Source of the DNA: Clostridia bacterium
Lineage (GTDB): Bacteria > Bacillota > Sulfobacillia > SLMV01
Direction of reading: 5' to 3'
DNA: 37,268 nt
Assembly: GCA_003563985.1 (NCBI GenBank)
Contig: PWSR01000180.1
Span: forward strand, 1-37,268
Shown here: in pieces, positions 1 through 8,946 of the stretch
How positions within the stretch are numbered: the first letter of the stretch is position 1
Layout of the letters: each line of letters starts with the position of its first letter
The notes under the pieces: model-generated
The model's database searches: none
The model's input: only the letters and a program-made list of their open reading frames with translations
What the model was told of the DNA's origin: nothing
Position numbers and translations under genes: made by a program

Positions 1-400
1 CCTCGATGGTGCCGCCGTTACCGTCCCGGAGGATCAAGGTGACCTCCAACTTCGCTTCATCCAACTTGTTGACGGTGCGGAGGGAGTCCAGGTGTAGACG
101 TTGTGCCGATTGCTGCGCCGGCGAAGACACGGGGGGCTTGGCCGCGATCTGCGCCACGCTGATCTTCTTGTGATCCACGCGTAACTTCCACCGGGCCGCC
201 AGGGCGCTCTCGATGTCTCGGACGGCCTGCTTAGGATGGCGCTCTTCCCCGACGAGGACGTGGATCTCTTCCAGCGCACCCCACTCGCTGGCCACGACCC
301 GGCACGCATCGATGCCGGATAAGCTCTCCAGGAGACGCTCCACCTGTTCTACCGCAACCCTCTCGGGCAGCCTGCCTACCTCTCCCTCCGAAGTAGCCAC
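1..400 (-). CDS. Conserved hypothetical protein, 3'-truncated by the window edge (absent from the ORF track)
   Basis: Manual translation from GTG at 400, after SD GGGAGG: MATSEGEVGRLPERVAVEQVERLLESLSGIDACRVVASEWGALEEIHVLVGEERHPKQAVRDIESALAARWKLRVDHKKISVAQ... The frame is open to the edge. The EIHVL..PKQ.VRDIESAL..DHKKIS.AQ pattern matches an uncharacterised Firmicute family as I recall it. Confidence 0.8.
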   Translation of the reverse strand, partial: MATSEGEVGRLPERVAVEQVERLLESLSGIDACRVVASEWGALEEIHVLVGEERHPKQAVRDIESALAARWKLRVDHKKISVAQIAAKPPVSSPAQQSAQRLHLDSLRTVNKLDEAKLEVTLILRDGNGGTIE

Positions 401-417
401 GGATTTCCTCCCATCGC

Positions 418-445
418 TGCGCTCCCCCGGCGCGGGGGAAACGCA
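418..445. other. GC-rich intergenic hairpin without U-tract
   Basis: tgcgctcccccg...cgggggaaacgca inverted repeat immediately after the gamma-subunit stop codon. Confidence 0.55.
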
Positions 446-991
446 CTATTCTGCAGATTCGAAGATCTCGCGTCCCCGGGCCAGGGCCTTCAGGTTCACG
501 GGGATCAGGCCGTGGTGCCTCTCGGGGAGGACATCGGGTAGGACTTCCTCCATCACCTCGAAGGGTAAGCCCTCCAATCCCCCCATCATCGCACCGAGCA
601 TGATCATGTTCGCCACCCGGGCGTTGCCCATGGCGTCGGCCTCTTCGGTGGCGGCCACGCGTACTACCTTGATATCGTCCCGCGTCACTTCATCGGGACA
701 AAGCGAAGTATTGACGTACAGATACCCCGACGGCGTAACCGCCGGCTCGAACTTCGTCAGGGACGGCAGGTTCATCACCGCGCAATCCGAGGGTTCGGTC
801 ACCACCGGTGAACCCACCGGTTCCGTGGATAGCACCACGCCACAGTTTGCCGTTCCCCCGCGCTGTTCGGGCCCGTAGGAGGGAATCCAGGAGACGTTGA
901 GGTCGCGCTTCATCCCCGCGTAGGCCAACATCTGCCCCATCAGCATGACGCCCTGCCCACCGAACCCTGCGATGAGTATTTCGTGATACAT
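446..991 (-). CDS. 2-oxoacid:ferredoxin oxidoreductase gamma subunit
   Basis: IAGFGGQGV, PSYGPEQRGG and ANMIMLGA motifs; SD GAGGAGGT upstream; operon context. Confidence 0.93.
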   Translation of the reverse strand: MYHEILIAGFGGQGVMLMGQMLAYAGMKRDLNVSWIPSYGPEQRGGTANCGVVLSTEPVGSPVVTEPSDCAVMNLPSLTKFEPAVTPSGYLYVNTSLCPDEVTRDDIKVVRVAATEEADAMGNARVANMIMLGAMMGGLEGLPFEVMEEVLPDVLPERHHGLIPVNLKALARGREIFESAE

Positions 992-992
992 G

Positions 993-1739
993 TCATTCCA
1001 CCTCCTCGGGCGAACGAAATTCGCCGAGGGGGTAATACGGAACCAGGTTCTCTTCCATCCATTGCAGCGACTCCACCGGGCTCATTCCCCAATTCGTGGG
1101 GCAGTTGGCAAGTATTTCTACCATACTGAACCCTTCTCCTCGTTCCTGCACCTCGAAGGCCCTCTTGAGGTACTTTTGCGTCGCCCTGAGGTGCTTGATG
1201 TCGTGACAGGATCCACGGGCCAGGTAGGCAGCACCCGGCAGGGTTGCCAGCATCTCCGTCATCCGGATCGGGTTGCCGGTATCCGCCAAATCGCGACCCG
1301 CGGGCGAGGTGGTCGTCTTCTGTCCTTCCAGCGTCGTCGGAGCCATCTGTCCACCGGTCATGCCGTATATGGCGTTGTTGATGAAGACCACGCTGATCTT
1401 CTCGCCCCGGCTCGCGGCGTGAACGATTTCCGCCGTCCCGATGGAGGCCAGGTCCCCGTCGCCCTGGTAGGTGAACACGAAGGAATCGGGCACGGCCCGC
1501 TTGATACCGGTCGCCACCGCGGGGGCGCGTCCGTGGGCAGCCTGCTGGAAATCACATTGGAAATAGTCGTAGGCGAAAACGGCGCATCCCACCGGGGACA
1601 CACCGATGGTCCTGTCGGCGAGATCCATCTCGTCGAGGATCTGGGCCACCATGCGGTGAGCCACTCCGTGGATGCATCCCGGGCAGTAGTGGGTAGCGCC
1701 ATCGGTCAAACTGCGGGGCCTGGTAAATACCGCCTTCAT
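993..1739 (-). CDS. 2-oxoacid:ferredoxin oxidoreductase beta (TPP-binding) subunit
   Basis: YCPGC, VGC, HGRA, TPP motif GDGD...NN, YGMTGGQ, CPTNW. Confidence 0.94.
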   Translation of the reverse strand: MKAVFTRPRSLTDGATHYCPGCIHGVAHRMVAQILDEMDLADRTIGVSPVGCAVFAYDYFQCDFQQAAHGRAPAVATGIKRAVPDSFVFTYQGDGDLASIGTAEIVHAASRGEKISVVFINNAIYGMTGGQMAPTTLEGQKTTTSPAGRDLADTGNPIRMTEMLATLPGAAYLARGSCHDIKHLRATQKYLKRAFEVQERGEGFSMVEILANCPTNWGMSPVESLQWMEENLVPYYPLGEFRSPEEVE

Positions 1740-2815
1740 CGGTCATCCCCCGTTCCCCGTATGAGGTCTTCCATCTGCTGGGTAATGTCGGCGTGGTGAG
1801 GCATGACGCCTCCCGCGGTTCCGTAGAACGCAACCGGTACCGAGGAATCGACGGAGAGGCGTACATCCTCCACCATCTGGCCGAGACTCATTTCGACGGC
1901 GAGGTAGCCCCGCGCCCGATCGGCAAGATCCCGGAATGCCTTCTCCGGGAAGGGCCACAGGCTGATGGGTCGGACCAGTCCTACGTCGTACCCGCGTTCC
2001 CGCAGGTCCGTCATGGAACGCCGCGCGATCCTGGCCGTCGTCCCGTACGCCACCAGGAAGTACTCTGCATCCCCGTGTACCACCTCGTAGCGGACCTCGT
2101 TCTCCTGCATCTCGGCATATTTCCTGGCCAGGTGCTGATTGTGGGCCCAACAGGCATCCGGATCCAGGTAGAGGGAATTGATCAGGTTCAATTCCTCCCG
2201 GTCCCGCCGTCCCTTGGTCGCCCACTCCTTGGTGGGGAGGGTGTCGGGATCCATGAGATCGGGGAAACGGACCGGTTCCATCATCTGGCCGATGACCCCG
2301 TCCCCGAGAATCATGACCGGGTTGCGGTACCTGTCGGCGATGTCGAAGGCCTCGTAGGTGAGATCCACCATCTCCTGGAGCGTCGCAGGGCCGAGCACCA
2401 CCATACGGTAGTCGCCGTGCCCTCCGCCCTTGGTCGATTGAAAATAGTCCGACTGGGCGGGCTGGATGCTCCCGAGACCCGGTCCTCCGCGGACCATGTT
2501 CACGATCACGCAGGGGAGTTCCGCCCCGGCGATATAGGATATACCCTCTTGCTTGAGACTGATGCCCGGACTCGATGACGATGTCATGACGCGAACCCCG
2601 GCCCCCGCGGCTCCGTATACCATGTTGATGGCCGCGACTTCGCTCTCTGCCTGGAGGAAAGTCCCGCCCACTTCGGGCATGCGACCCGACATGTACTCGG
2701 GCAACTCGTTTTGGGGTGTTATGGGGTAGCCGAAAAAGTGGCGACATCCCGCCCGGACGGCGGCCTCGGCGACGGCTTCGTTGCCCTTGACCATTTGCAA
2801 CTGTCTCTCGCTCAT
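1736..2815 (-). CDS. vorB: 2-oxoacid:ferredoxin oxidoreductase alpha subunit, 2-ketoisovalerate (Vor)-type
   Basis: KGNEA, GYPITPQ, QAESEVAA, TSSSSPGISLK, RGGPGLG, GGGHGDY; start placed at MSERQ (ATG 2815) behind GGAGGGAGAAGG. Confidence 0.92.
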   Translation of the reverse strand: MSERQLQMVKGNEAVAEAAVRAGCRHFFGYPITPQNELPEYMSGRMPEVGGTFLQAESEVAAINMVYGAAGAGVRVMTSSSSPGISLKQEGISYIAGAELPCVIVNMVRGGPGLGSIQPAQSDYFQSTKGGGHGDYRMVVLGPATLQEMVDLTYEAFDIADRYRNPVMILGDGVIGQMMEPVRFPDLMDPDTLPTKEWATKGRRDREELNLINSLYLDPDACWAHNQHLARKYAEMQENEVRYEVVHGDAEYFLVAYGTTARIARRSMTDLRERGYDVGLVRPISLWPFPEKAFRDLADRARGYLAVEMSLGQMVEDVRLSVDSSVPVAFYGTAGGVMPHHADITQQMEDLIRGTGDDR

Positions 2816-2837
2816 TTCGTTCCTTCTCCCTCCACCG

Positions 2838-3062
2838 CTATCGTTCCGTCTTCTCGGGACGATAGACCTCGATGGCAACATCGGGGCACATCATGGCGCA
2901 GAAACCGCAGCTGATGCACTCCTCCTGGTCCGTGATCGCGGACGTACGATAACCCTGGCGATTCAACCGGTCCGAGAGATAAACGATCTCCCGGGGACAC
3001 ACCGTGGTGCACAGACCGCATCCCTTGCAGCGTTCCGGATCCAAAATCCATCTCGAATCCAC
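2838..3062 (-). CDS. 2x[4Fe-4S] ferredoxin-type delta subunit
   Basis: CKGCGLCTTVCP and CISCGFCAMMCP; GTG start at 3062 after GAGGAGG. Confidence 0.92.
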   Translation of the reverse strand: MDSRWILDPERCKGCGLCTTVCPREIVYLSDRLNRQGYRTSAITDQEECISCGFCAMMCPDVAIEVYRPEKTER

Positions 3063-3092
3063 GACAACCCTCCTCTTCCCGAAAACCACAGC

Positions 3093-3791
3093 CTATTCCC
3101 AATCCAAGCGTAACCGGTGCCCTACGGAGATCACCTCTGCATCCCCGGCGGCATCCAGCGCCCATCCCGGTACCTGGCCTTCTACGGTAAGATGTTCCCC
3201 TATTCCCAGGGCAATAATCGGCAAGTTGAGTTCATCTGCGCCGGCCCGAACCACATCCAGGCCCTGCACTACCTCGTCGCGCCCGGTGGAGCGACCCAGG
3301 TTGGGGTTGGCAAACACGCCCGCCACGGGCAATCGGAGGTCGGCGGACAGCGATTTCACACCCTCGGCGATGGCGCCGGGACTCGAACTCATCGGGCGAT
3401 ACGGATTGACCACGGCCAGGGCGCATCCCCCCCGATCCGATACGGCCGAGGCCAGGCCGCCGAGGACGCGGCTGCCCATTCGCCCGCCCCCTACATCCAG
3501 CACGGCGAACTCGGCAAAGGCAATCGCCTCGGATACCCCCGGTGGCAAGACCGGAAGATCCACGCCGGTGGGAAAGCCGCTGGGATATAGGACCTTTACG
3601 CCGGCCCCTTCCAGAATCTCCGCGGCGTCCCGGGCGCGGAAGAAGGGGGTCACCAGGTCCAAGTCGACCAAGACGACCTCTCCCCCGCGCCGTCGGAGGG
3701 CCTCCAGGGACAGGGAGAGGGCGATCTCCGTCTTCCCACTGCCGAAGGCACCTCCCAGGACGAGGGGCGTGCAGGCAAAAAGATCTTCCAC
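3093..3791 (-). CDS. Uncharacterised P-loop NTPase (MinD/ParA/CbiA-like)
   Basis: Walker A GAFGSGKT, DLDLVTPFFR motif, Walker B AVLDVGG, VVNPYRP; sits directly before the oxidoreductase subunits. Confidence 0.8.
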   Translation of the reverse strand: MEDLFACTPLVLGGAFGSGKTEIALSLSLEALRRRGGEVVLVDLDLVTPFFRARDAAEILEGAGVKVLYPSGFPTGVDLPVLPPGVSEAIAFAEFAVLDVGGGRMGSRVLGGLASAVSDRGGCALAVVNPYRPMSSSPGAIAEGVKSLSADLRLPVAGVFANPNLGRSTGRDEVVQGLDVVRAGADELNLPIIALGIGEHLTVEGQVPGWALDAAGDAEVISVGHRLRLDWE

Positions 3792-3793
3792 GT

Positions 3794-4855
3794 CTACGTC
3801 CGAATCCGTTGGATGCTTCCGACGGATCGTATGCGCTTCTCGGCCAAGCGTTCCGCTGCCTCGTTGGTCGGGATGTCCTCGGCCTCGCTGGCCTCGAAGA
3901 TATCGAGCAACTTCTCACCGATGGTCTCGACCTTCTTGAGGGCCAGATCGCGATTGTACCCGGAGGGATTGAATTCCTGGGCTACGTTGATGACGCCGCC
4001 CCCGTTGATGACGAAATCCGGGGCGTACAGTATACCCTTTTCCCGCAAGACCTGGCCGTGGCGCGTCTCGGCCAACTGGTTATTGGCGGCACCGGCGACG
4101 ACCCTGCACCTGAGCTCGGGAATGCTGTCATCGTTGACGGTGGCGCCCAGGGCGCACGGTGCGTAGACATCGCACTCGGCGGCGTGGATGGAGTCGGGAT
4201 CGACCACTTCGGCCCCGAAGTCCTCTACGACCTGGTTCAACTTGTCCTCGTAGATGTCGGCCACCAGCAGTTTTGCGCCGGCCTCGTGGAGGTGCTCGCA
4301 AAGGGCATACCCCACGCTGCCCACTCCCTGCACCTCGACGACGACGCCGGTGAGATCGGCGGAGCCTTCCAGGTATTGCATGGCCGCCCGGATGCCGACG
4401 AAGGTTCCATAGGCGGTCACGGGCGACGGGTCTCCGGACTTGTGCCAAAGCCCCGCGACGAAGTCGGTTTCGTCGTTGACGATGTCGATGTCGTCGGGAG
4501 ATACTCCGACGTCCTCGGCGGTTATATACCGGCCGCCCAGGGAGTCGACGAAGCGACCGTAGGCGCGCCACAGGGCCTCGCTCTTATCCCGGCGGGGATC
4601 CGCTATAATGACGCCTTTGCCGCCGCCCAGGTTCAACCCCATGGCCGCGCTCTTGTAGGTCATGCCCTTGGAGAGGCGGAGAACGTCGATGATGGCCTCT
4701 TCCTCGGTTTCGTACGGCCACATCCGCGTGCCTCCCAGGGCGGGACCCAGCGTGGTGTCGTGGATACCGATGATGGCCTTGAGGCCGGATACGCTATCGT
4801 AGCAAAACACTAACTGCTCGTGTTCCATCTCTTGCATGGACTGAAAGATTTCCAC
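3794..4855 (-). CDS. bcd: Leucine (branched-chain amino acid) dehydrogenase
   Basis: [52 protein letters not shown]; SD GAGGAG plus GTG. Confidence 0.9.
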   Translation of the reverse strand: MEIFQSMQEMEHEQLVFCYDSVSGLKAIIGIHDTTLGPALGGTRMWPYETEEEAIIDVLRLSKGMTYKSAAMGLNLGGGKGVIIADPRRDKSEALWRAYGRFVDSLGGRYITAEDVGVSPDDIDIVNDETDFVAGLWHKSGDPSPVTAYGTFVGIRAAMQYLEGSADLTGVVVEVQGVGSVGYALCEHLHEAGAKLLVADIYEDKLNQVVEDFGAEVVDPDSIHAAECDVYAPCALGATVNDDSIPELRCRVVAGAANNQLAETRHGQVLREKGILYAPDFVINGGGVINVAQEFNPSGYNRDLALKKVETIGEKLLDIFEASEAEDIPTNEAAERLAEKRIRSVGSIQRIRT

Positions 4856-4877
4856 GTAGAATTCTCCTCTCAGGCGA

Positions 4878-5957
4878 TTACCGGCGGGGTAAGTAGATGC
4901 GGCTCACCGCGCCCAGGATATTAATGCGTTCCTCCACCAATCGGTCGGCGGCCTCAAAGGGGGTCACCGAAAGTTCCTCGGCCCGCGCGAAGCAGTCCAA
5001 CAGCAACTGATAGAGGGCCTCTGTCTTCTTCATGGCCCGTTCGCGGTTAAATCCTTCCACCTCGTCGGCCACCTGGATCAGTCCGCCCGCGTTGATGATG
5101 TAGTCGGGAATGTACAAGATCCCCATTTCGTGAAGCCGATGACCGATCTCCGGATCGGTCACCTGGTTGTTGGCCGCTCCACCGATGATCTGGCAGCGCA
5201 ACCGACCGATGGTATCTTCGTTCAGGACCCCGCCCAATGCGCAGGGGCTGAAGACATCGCACTCCACATCGTAGATGTCCGCGGGATCCACGGCGCGGGC
5301 GCCATGGGCCGTCACGACGCGTTCGACGGCTTCCCCGTCCACATCGGAGACGATCAGTTCACAGCCCGCTTCATCCAACAATTCCGCGAGGTACTCGCCG
5401 ACCTTGCCGACGCCCTGGATGGCGACCGTCTTACCGCGAAGATCGTCGCTTCCCCAGAGGTGAGAGGCGCCGGCGCGGATGCCGTGCCACACACCGTGGG
5501 CGGTGGTCACCGAGGTGTTACCGCTCCCCCCGGCGTATTCCGGAAGGCCCACCAACCAGTCCGTTTCCTGGCCGGCCACGACGAAATCTTCGCCCGTGGT
5601 ACCCATGTCGGTTCCCGTAAGGAATCTTCCGTGGAGACCCTCGACGAAGCGGCCGAAGGCGCGCAGTAGAATCTCCGTCTTGTCCGTCTTTGGATCGCCC
5701 CAGATGACGGCCTTTCCGCCCCCGTGATTCGTCCGGGTGATCGCCGACTTGGCGGTCATACCCCACGAGAGCGCCAGGGCGTCATCGACGGCCTCGGCCT
5801 CGGTTGGGTAGTCCCGCATGCGGCAGCCGCCCAGGGCGGATCCCAGGGTGGTGTCATGTAGAGCAATGATGCTCCGGAGACCGCTCTCGGAATCGTGGGA
5901 AAATACCAGCTGCTCGTGACCCCTCTCAGCCATTTGCTCAAAGATGCCCAAGTCCAT
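4878..5957 (-). CDS. pdh: Glu/Leu/Phe/Val dehydrogenase, phenylalanine-dehydrogenase-like
   Basis: [38 protein letters not shown] and QGVGKVG match Bacillus PheDH motifs as recalled (TGTDMGT, G.PE.YGGSG.SS) rather than LeuDH TAEDVG. Family is certain, substrate is inferred. Confidence 0.75.
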   Translation of the reverse strand: MDLGIFEQMAERGHEQLVFSHDSESGLRSIIALHDTTLGSALGGCRMRDYPTEAEAVDDALALSWGMTAKSAITRTNHGGGKAVIWGDPKTDKTEILLRAFGRFVEGLHGRFLTGTDMGTTGEDFVVAGQETDWLVGLPEYAGGSGNTSVTTAHGVWHGIRAGASHLWGSDDLRGKTVAIQGVGKVGEYLAELLDEAGCELIVSDVDGEAVERVVTAHGARAVDPADIYDVECDVFSPCALGGVLNEDTIGRLRCQIIGGAANNQVTDPEIGHRLHEMGILYIPDYIINAGGLIQVADEVEGFNRERAMKKTEALYQLLLDCFARAEELSVTPFEAADRLVEERINILGAVSRIYLPRR

Positions 5958-6135
5958 GCTCCTTTCCCCTTCATCGCTATTCGTACAACATTACGTTTTT
6001 CGATCGCAACCCGACCACAAAATAGGGCCCGCCCGGGAATCATCGACATCCCCTAGTCGCCGTTCGTGCGGGCCGAAAGAGGAGACCACCCCGCCGTTGA
6101 TACATTTCGAGTTGCGGGGTCAATCTGTACTTGTA

Positions 6136-6163
6136 CTTCTCGGAAGATGGGCATTTATCCTCT
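6136..6163 (-). promoter_or_regulatory. SigH-like promoter upstream of the dehydrogenase/oxidoreductase operon
   Basis: Minus strand AGAGGATAA-N12-CGAGAAG versus SigH consensus RnAGGAwWW-N11/12-RnnGAAT. Confidence 0.45.
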
Positions 6164-6337
6164 TAAGGGGCCGCTCGTTCCCTCTCGAATGCTCCGCCGC
6201 ATTAGGCACGATCGCGGCGCCCAATCCTCCCCCGGATCGCGCCTCCGAATCGAGGAACTAACGGTCCTTCTGTAACCAGACGACGGAGGGCAGAAGGGGA
6301 GCAGGATACGGAAATCGTCATTTTCGCCCGATTCTCC

Positions 6338-7144
6338 TCACGGGCTCCGGTGTCGAGCCATCCGGATGCGATCCGCGACCAGGGCGATGAATTCTGAGTT
6401 CGTCGGCTTTCCCTTCGTCGCATCCGGTGCAAATCCCAACCCTTCCGACATCGCCCGGGCGTGTCCCCGATTGCAGGCCGACTCGATGGCATGGCGTATG
6501 GCCCGCTCGACCCGCGTGGGCGTGGTCCGGAATTCCTCCGCCACGGCGGGGTAGAGTTCCTTGGTTACCGCCTCCATCACCCCGAGGTCCTCCACCGCCC
6601 GGAGCACAGCGCTGCGAAGGTAGCGGTAGCCGCGTATATTCGGGGGGATTCCGACGGAACGAATGACCTCGGTGACCACTTGGTAGGGATTTGCCCCCTC
6701 TCCCAAGGAAGCCGCGGAACGCCCCATCCCCGAGCACGACCCGGCATCCCCGCGGGCGGCCTCGCGTATGCGCCGACCCAGCACCTCCAGGTCAAAGGGC
6801 TTGAGCAGAAAGTAGTCCGCCCCGAGTTGGCCGGCGCGACGCGTGATCTTCTCTTGTCCGAAGGCGGATAGAACCAGGATGGACGGAGGAGGGGTCTCTC
6901 CCCGCTCTCGAAGGCGTTCCAGTACCCCGATACCGTCCAGCCTGGGCATGACCACGTCCAGCAGCAGGACGTCCGGACTCTGGGAGCCCAGGGCCTCGAT
7001 GAGTTCGATGCCATCACCGTGGGCACCCATCAGGTGCATATCGGATTCACCCTCCAGGTAATCCCCCAGCAACCGTCGCAAACCTTCGTCGTCTTCGGCC
7101 ATTATGACGCCGATCCGTTCGTCCGTCTCCTTCGCGTGCAACAC
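6338..7144 (-). CDS. spo0A: Spo0A master response regulator
   Basis: Receiver domain (AEDD, LLDVVMP, SAFGQE, LKPFD) plus Spo0A C-terminal domain (GYRYLR, TKELYP, RVERAIRHAIE, KPTNSEFIA); SD AGGAGG then GTG at 7144. Confidence 0.95.
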   Translation of the reverse strand: MLHAKETDERIGVIMAEDDEGLRRLLGDYLEGESDMHLMGAHGDGIELIEALGSQSPDVLLLDVVMPRLDGIGVLERLRERGETPPPSILVLSAFGQEKITRRAGQLGADYFLLKPFDLEVLGRRIREAARGDAGSCSGMGRSAASLGEGANPYQVVTEVIRSVGIPPNIRGYRYLRSAVLRAVEDLGVMEAVTKELYPAVAEEFRTTPTRVERAIRHAIESACNRGHARAMSEGLGFAPDATKGKPTNSEFIALVADRIRMARHRSP

Positions 7145-7174
7145 GTTACCCCTCCTATATGGAATATATGGCAA

Positions 7175-7204
7175 TTATTACCATTCACGAGCTTCTGGAT
7201 GCAA
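7175..7204 (-). promoter_or_regulatory. Possible SigA promoter for spo0A
   Basis: TTGCAT-N18-TAATAA with TG extension, in an AT-rich patch; overlaps the imperfect palindrome TGGTAAT-A-ATTGCCA (7169-7183). Confidence 0.35.
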
Positions 7205-7400
7205 CGCCTCCTTCCTTCTCCCCTCTCTCTCCGATCTTCGAGGGGGAACGACGGCATTCGGGTTCTTTCGCGCAAGCGTCGCAACCACCGGGCTCCCTAT
7301 CCTCGCCCTTACTATCGGCAGCCGCCCGAATAAACTTGAATTCCTCCCGTCCCGTCGAGGTCCGATCCTCCCCCGGCTCGGGTCGGACTCTTCCTACGCC

Positions 7401-7430
7401 TTGCCCGGGCCCGGAAATTGCCATTATCAT
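7401..7430 (+). promoter_or_regulatory. Possible SigA promoter for gltX
   Basis: TTGCCC-N18-TATCAT about 90 nt upstream of the GTG start. Confidence 0.45.
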
Positions 7431-7518
7431 TGAGGCGGGAGATCGTCGAAACGAAAACGATCCGATACATCCCTCGAAGGAGTGTGAGATCCCCGCGCCG
7501 GGAGGCCGGGGAGAAATC

Positions 7519-8946
7519 GTGAACGTAAGAGTTAGATTCGCCCCCAGCCCGACGGGTTACATGCACGTGGGTAACGTCCGAACCGCCCTGTTCAACTGGC
7601 TCTTCGCCAGGGGACAGGGGGGCGTCTTCATCCTGCGGATCGAAGATACCGACCAACAACGGCACGTGGAAGAGGCAGTCGAGGTCATCACCGACGGACT
7701 GACCTGGATCGGCATGGATTGGGACGAGGGTCCCGACATCGAAGGTCCCTACGGTCCCTATTTCCAGAGCGAACGCCTCGATCTATACCATGAACACGTC
7801 GATCGACTCATCGCCGACGGGGGTGCCTACCTGTGCTACTGCGAGGCCGAGGGCGCCGCACCGGAATCGGAGTGTCACTGCCGCGAGAGGCACGCCGCGG
7901 GGGATTCGCTCTCCCCCGGCCTGGCCGTCCGACTGGTCAACCCCGGCGGTCGCTCCGAATTCGATGATATCGTCGGCGGACATCTATCCTTTGAAAATGA
8001 GCAATTCGGCGACTACATCCTGGTCAAGTCCGATGGAACTCCCACTTACAATTTCGCCAACGTGGTGGATGACAATGCAATGCGGGTTACGCACGTCATC
8101 CGGGGAGATGATCACGTCTCCAACACACCGCGACAACTGATGCTGTACGAGAAGTTCGGGTACGAGCGGCCCAAGTTTGCCCACCTGCCCCAAATCCTGG
8201 GGCCCGATGGTGCCCGCCTGAGCAAGCGCCACGGAGCGGCGTCCCTGACCGAATACCGGGACCAGGGATTCCTCCCGGAGGCTTTCATGAACTACCTGGC
8301 TCTCCTGGGCTGGTCCCCCCAGGGCGAGCGGGAATTCATGCCACCCGAGGAGCTCGTAGCGCAGTTCCACCTCGAAGATGTGCGCAAGAGTCCCGCGCAG
8401 TTCCACATCGAGAAACTGGTCAGCCTCAACTCCATGTACATGGAGACTCTGGAGCCCGGAGAAAAGCGGCGCCTCGCTTCGGATGCCCTGGTGAAGGCGG
8501 GGATACTGGATGCAGAAAGCCTGGGGGATCCGGAGATGGAGTCGTACTTGGACGATATCGTCGAAGCCCTGGGGAATCGATTCCGGTACGGCGCCCAGAT
8601 CGTGGAGTTCGGCGCCCACTTCTTCGCCGATGAAGTGACGATACCGGTGGACCTGGCATCCTACTTCGCCGAGGACGACGTCCGCTGCGCCCTGGCGGCC
8701 GCGGCCGAATCCTTCGAAAACGCGCCGGAATGGACGGAGGACGCCATCGAATCCATCGTGCGCGGATCGGCCTCGGAGGCCGGCCTCAAGGCGGCACCCC
8801 TGATCCACGGCATCCGGGTCGCACTGTCGGGCATGACCGCCGGTCCGAGCCTATTCACTCTGGTCCGACTGGTTGGCCCCGCTCGCTCCGCCGACCGGAT
8901 CCGGCGGGCACTGGAGACCTTCCCGGCGGCGGCGGAAAGAAAGTAG
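7519..8946 (+). CDS. gltX: Glutamate--tRNA ligase
   Basis: RVRFAPSPTG, HVGN (HIGH), LRIEDTD, THVIRGDDH, RLSKR (KMSKS), anticodon-binding domain present; GTG start after GGGGAG. Confidence 0.95.
   Translation: MNVRVRFAPSPTGYMHVGNVRTALFNWLFARGQGGVFILRIEDTDQQRHVEEAVEVITDGLTWIGMDWDEGPDIEGPYGPYFQSERLDLYHEHVDRLIADGGAYLCYCEAEGAAPESECHCRERHAAGDSLSPGLAVRLVNPGGRSEFDDIVGGHLSFENEQFGDYILVKSDGTPTYNFANVVDDNAMRVTHVIRGDDHVSNTPRQLMLYEKFGYERPKFAHLPQILGPDGARLSKRHGAASLTEYRDQGFLPEAFMNYLALLGWSPQGEREFMPPEELVAQFHLEDVRKSPAQFHIEKLVSLNSMYMETLEPGEKRRLASDALVKAGILDAESLGDPEMESYLDDIVEALGNRFRYGAQIVEFGAHFFADEVTIPVDLASYFAEDDVRCALAAAAESFENAPEWTEDAIESIVRGSASEAGLKAAPLIHGIRVALSGMTAGPSLFTLVRLVGPARSADRIRRALETFPAAAERK

Noticed and set aside
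5958-6337. Sigma-54 promoter, CodY box or perfect Spo0A box upstream of the catabolic operon
   Set aside because: No TGGCAC-N5-TTGC or AATTTTCWGAAAATT match; only a one-mismatch 0A-like TGTCGAT near 6042, which is expected by chance.
7159-7518. 120-aa N-terminal extension on GluRS
   Set aside because: Spans the divergent promoter region; the conserved RVRFAPSP start has its own SD and GTG at 7519.
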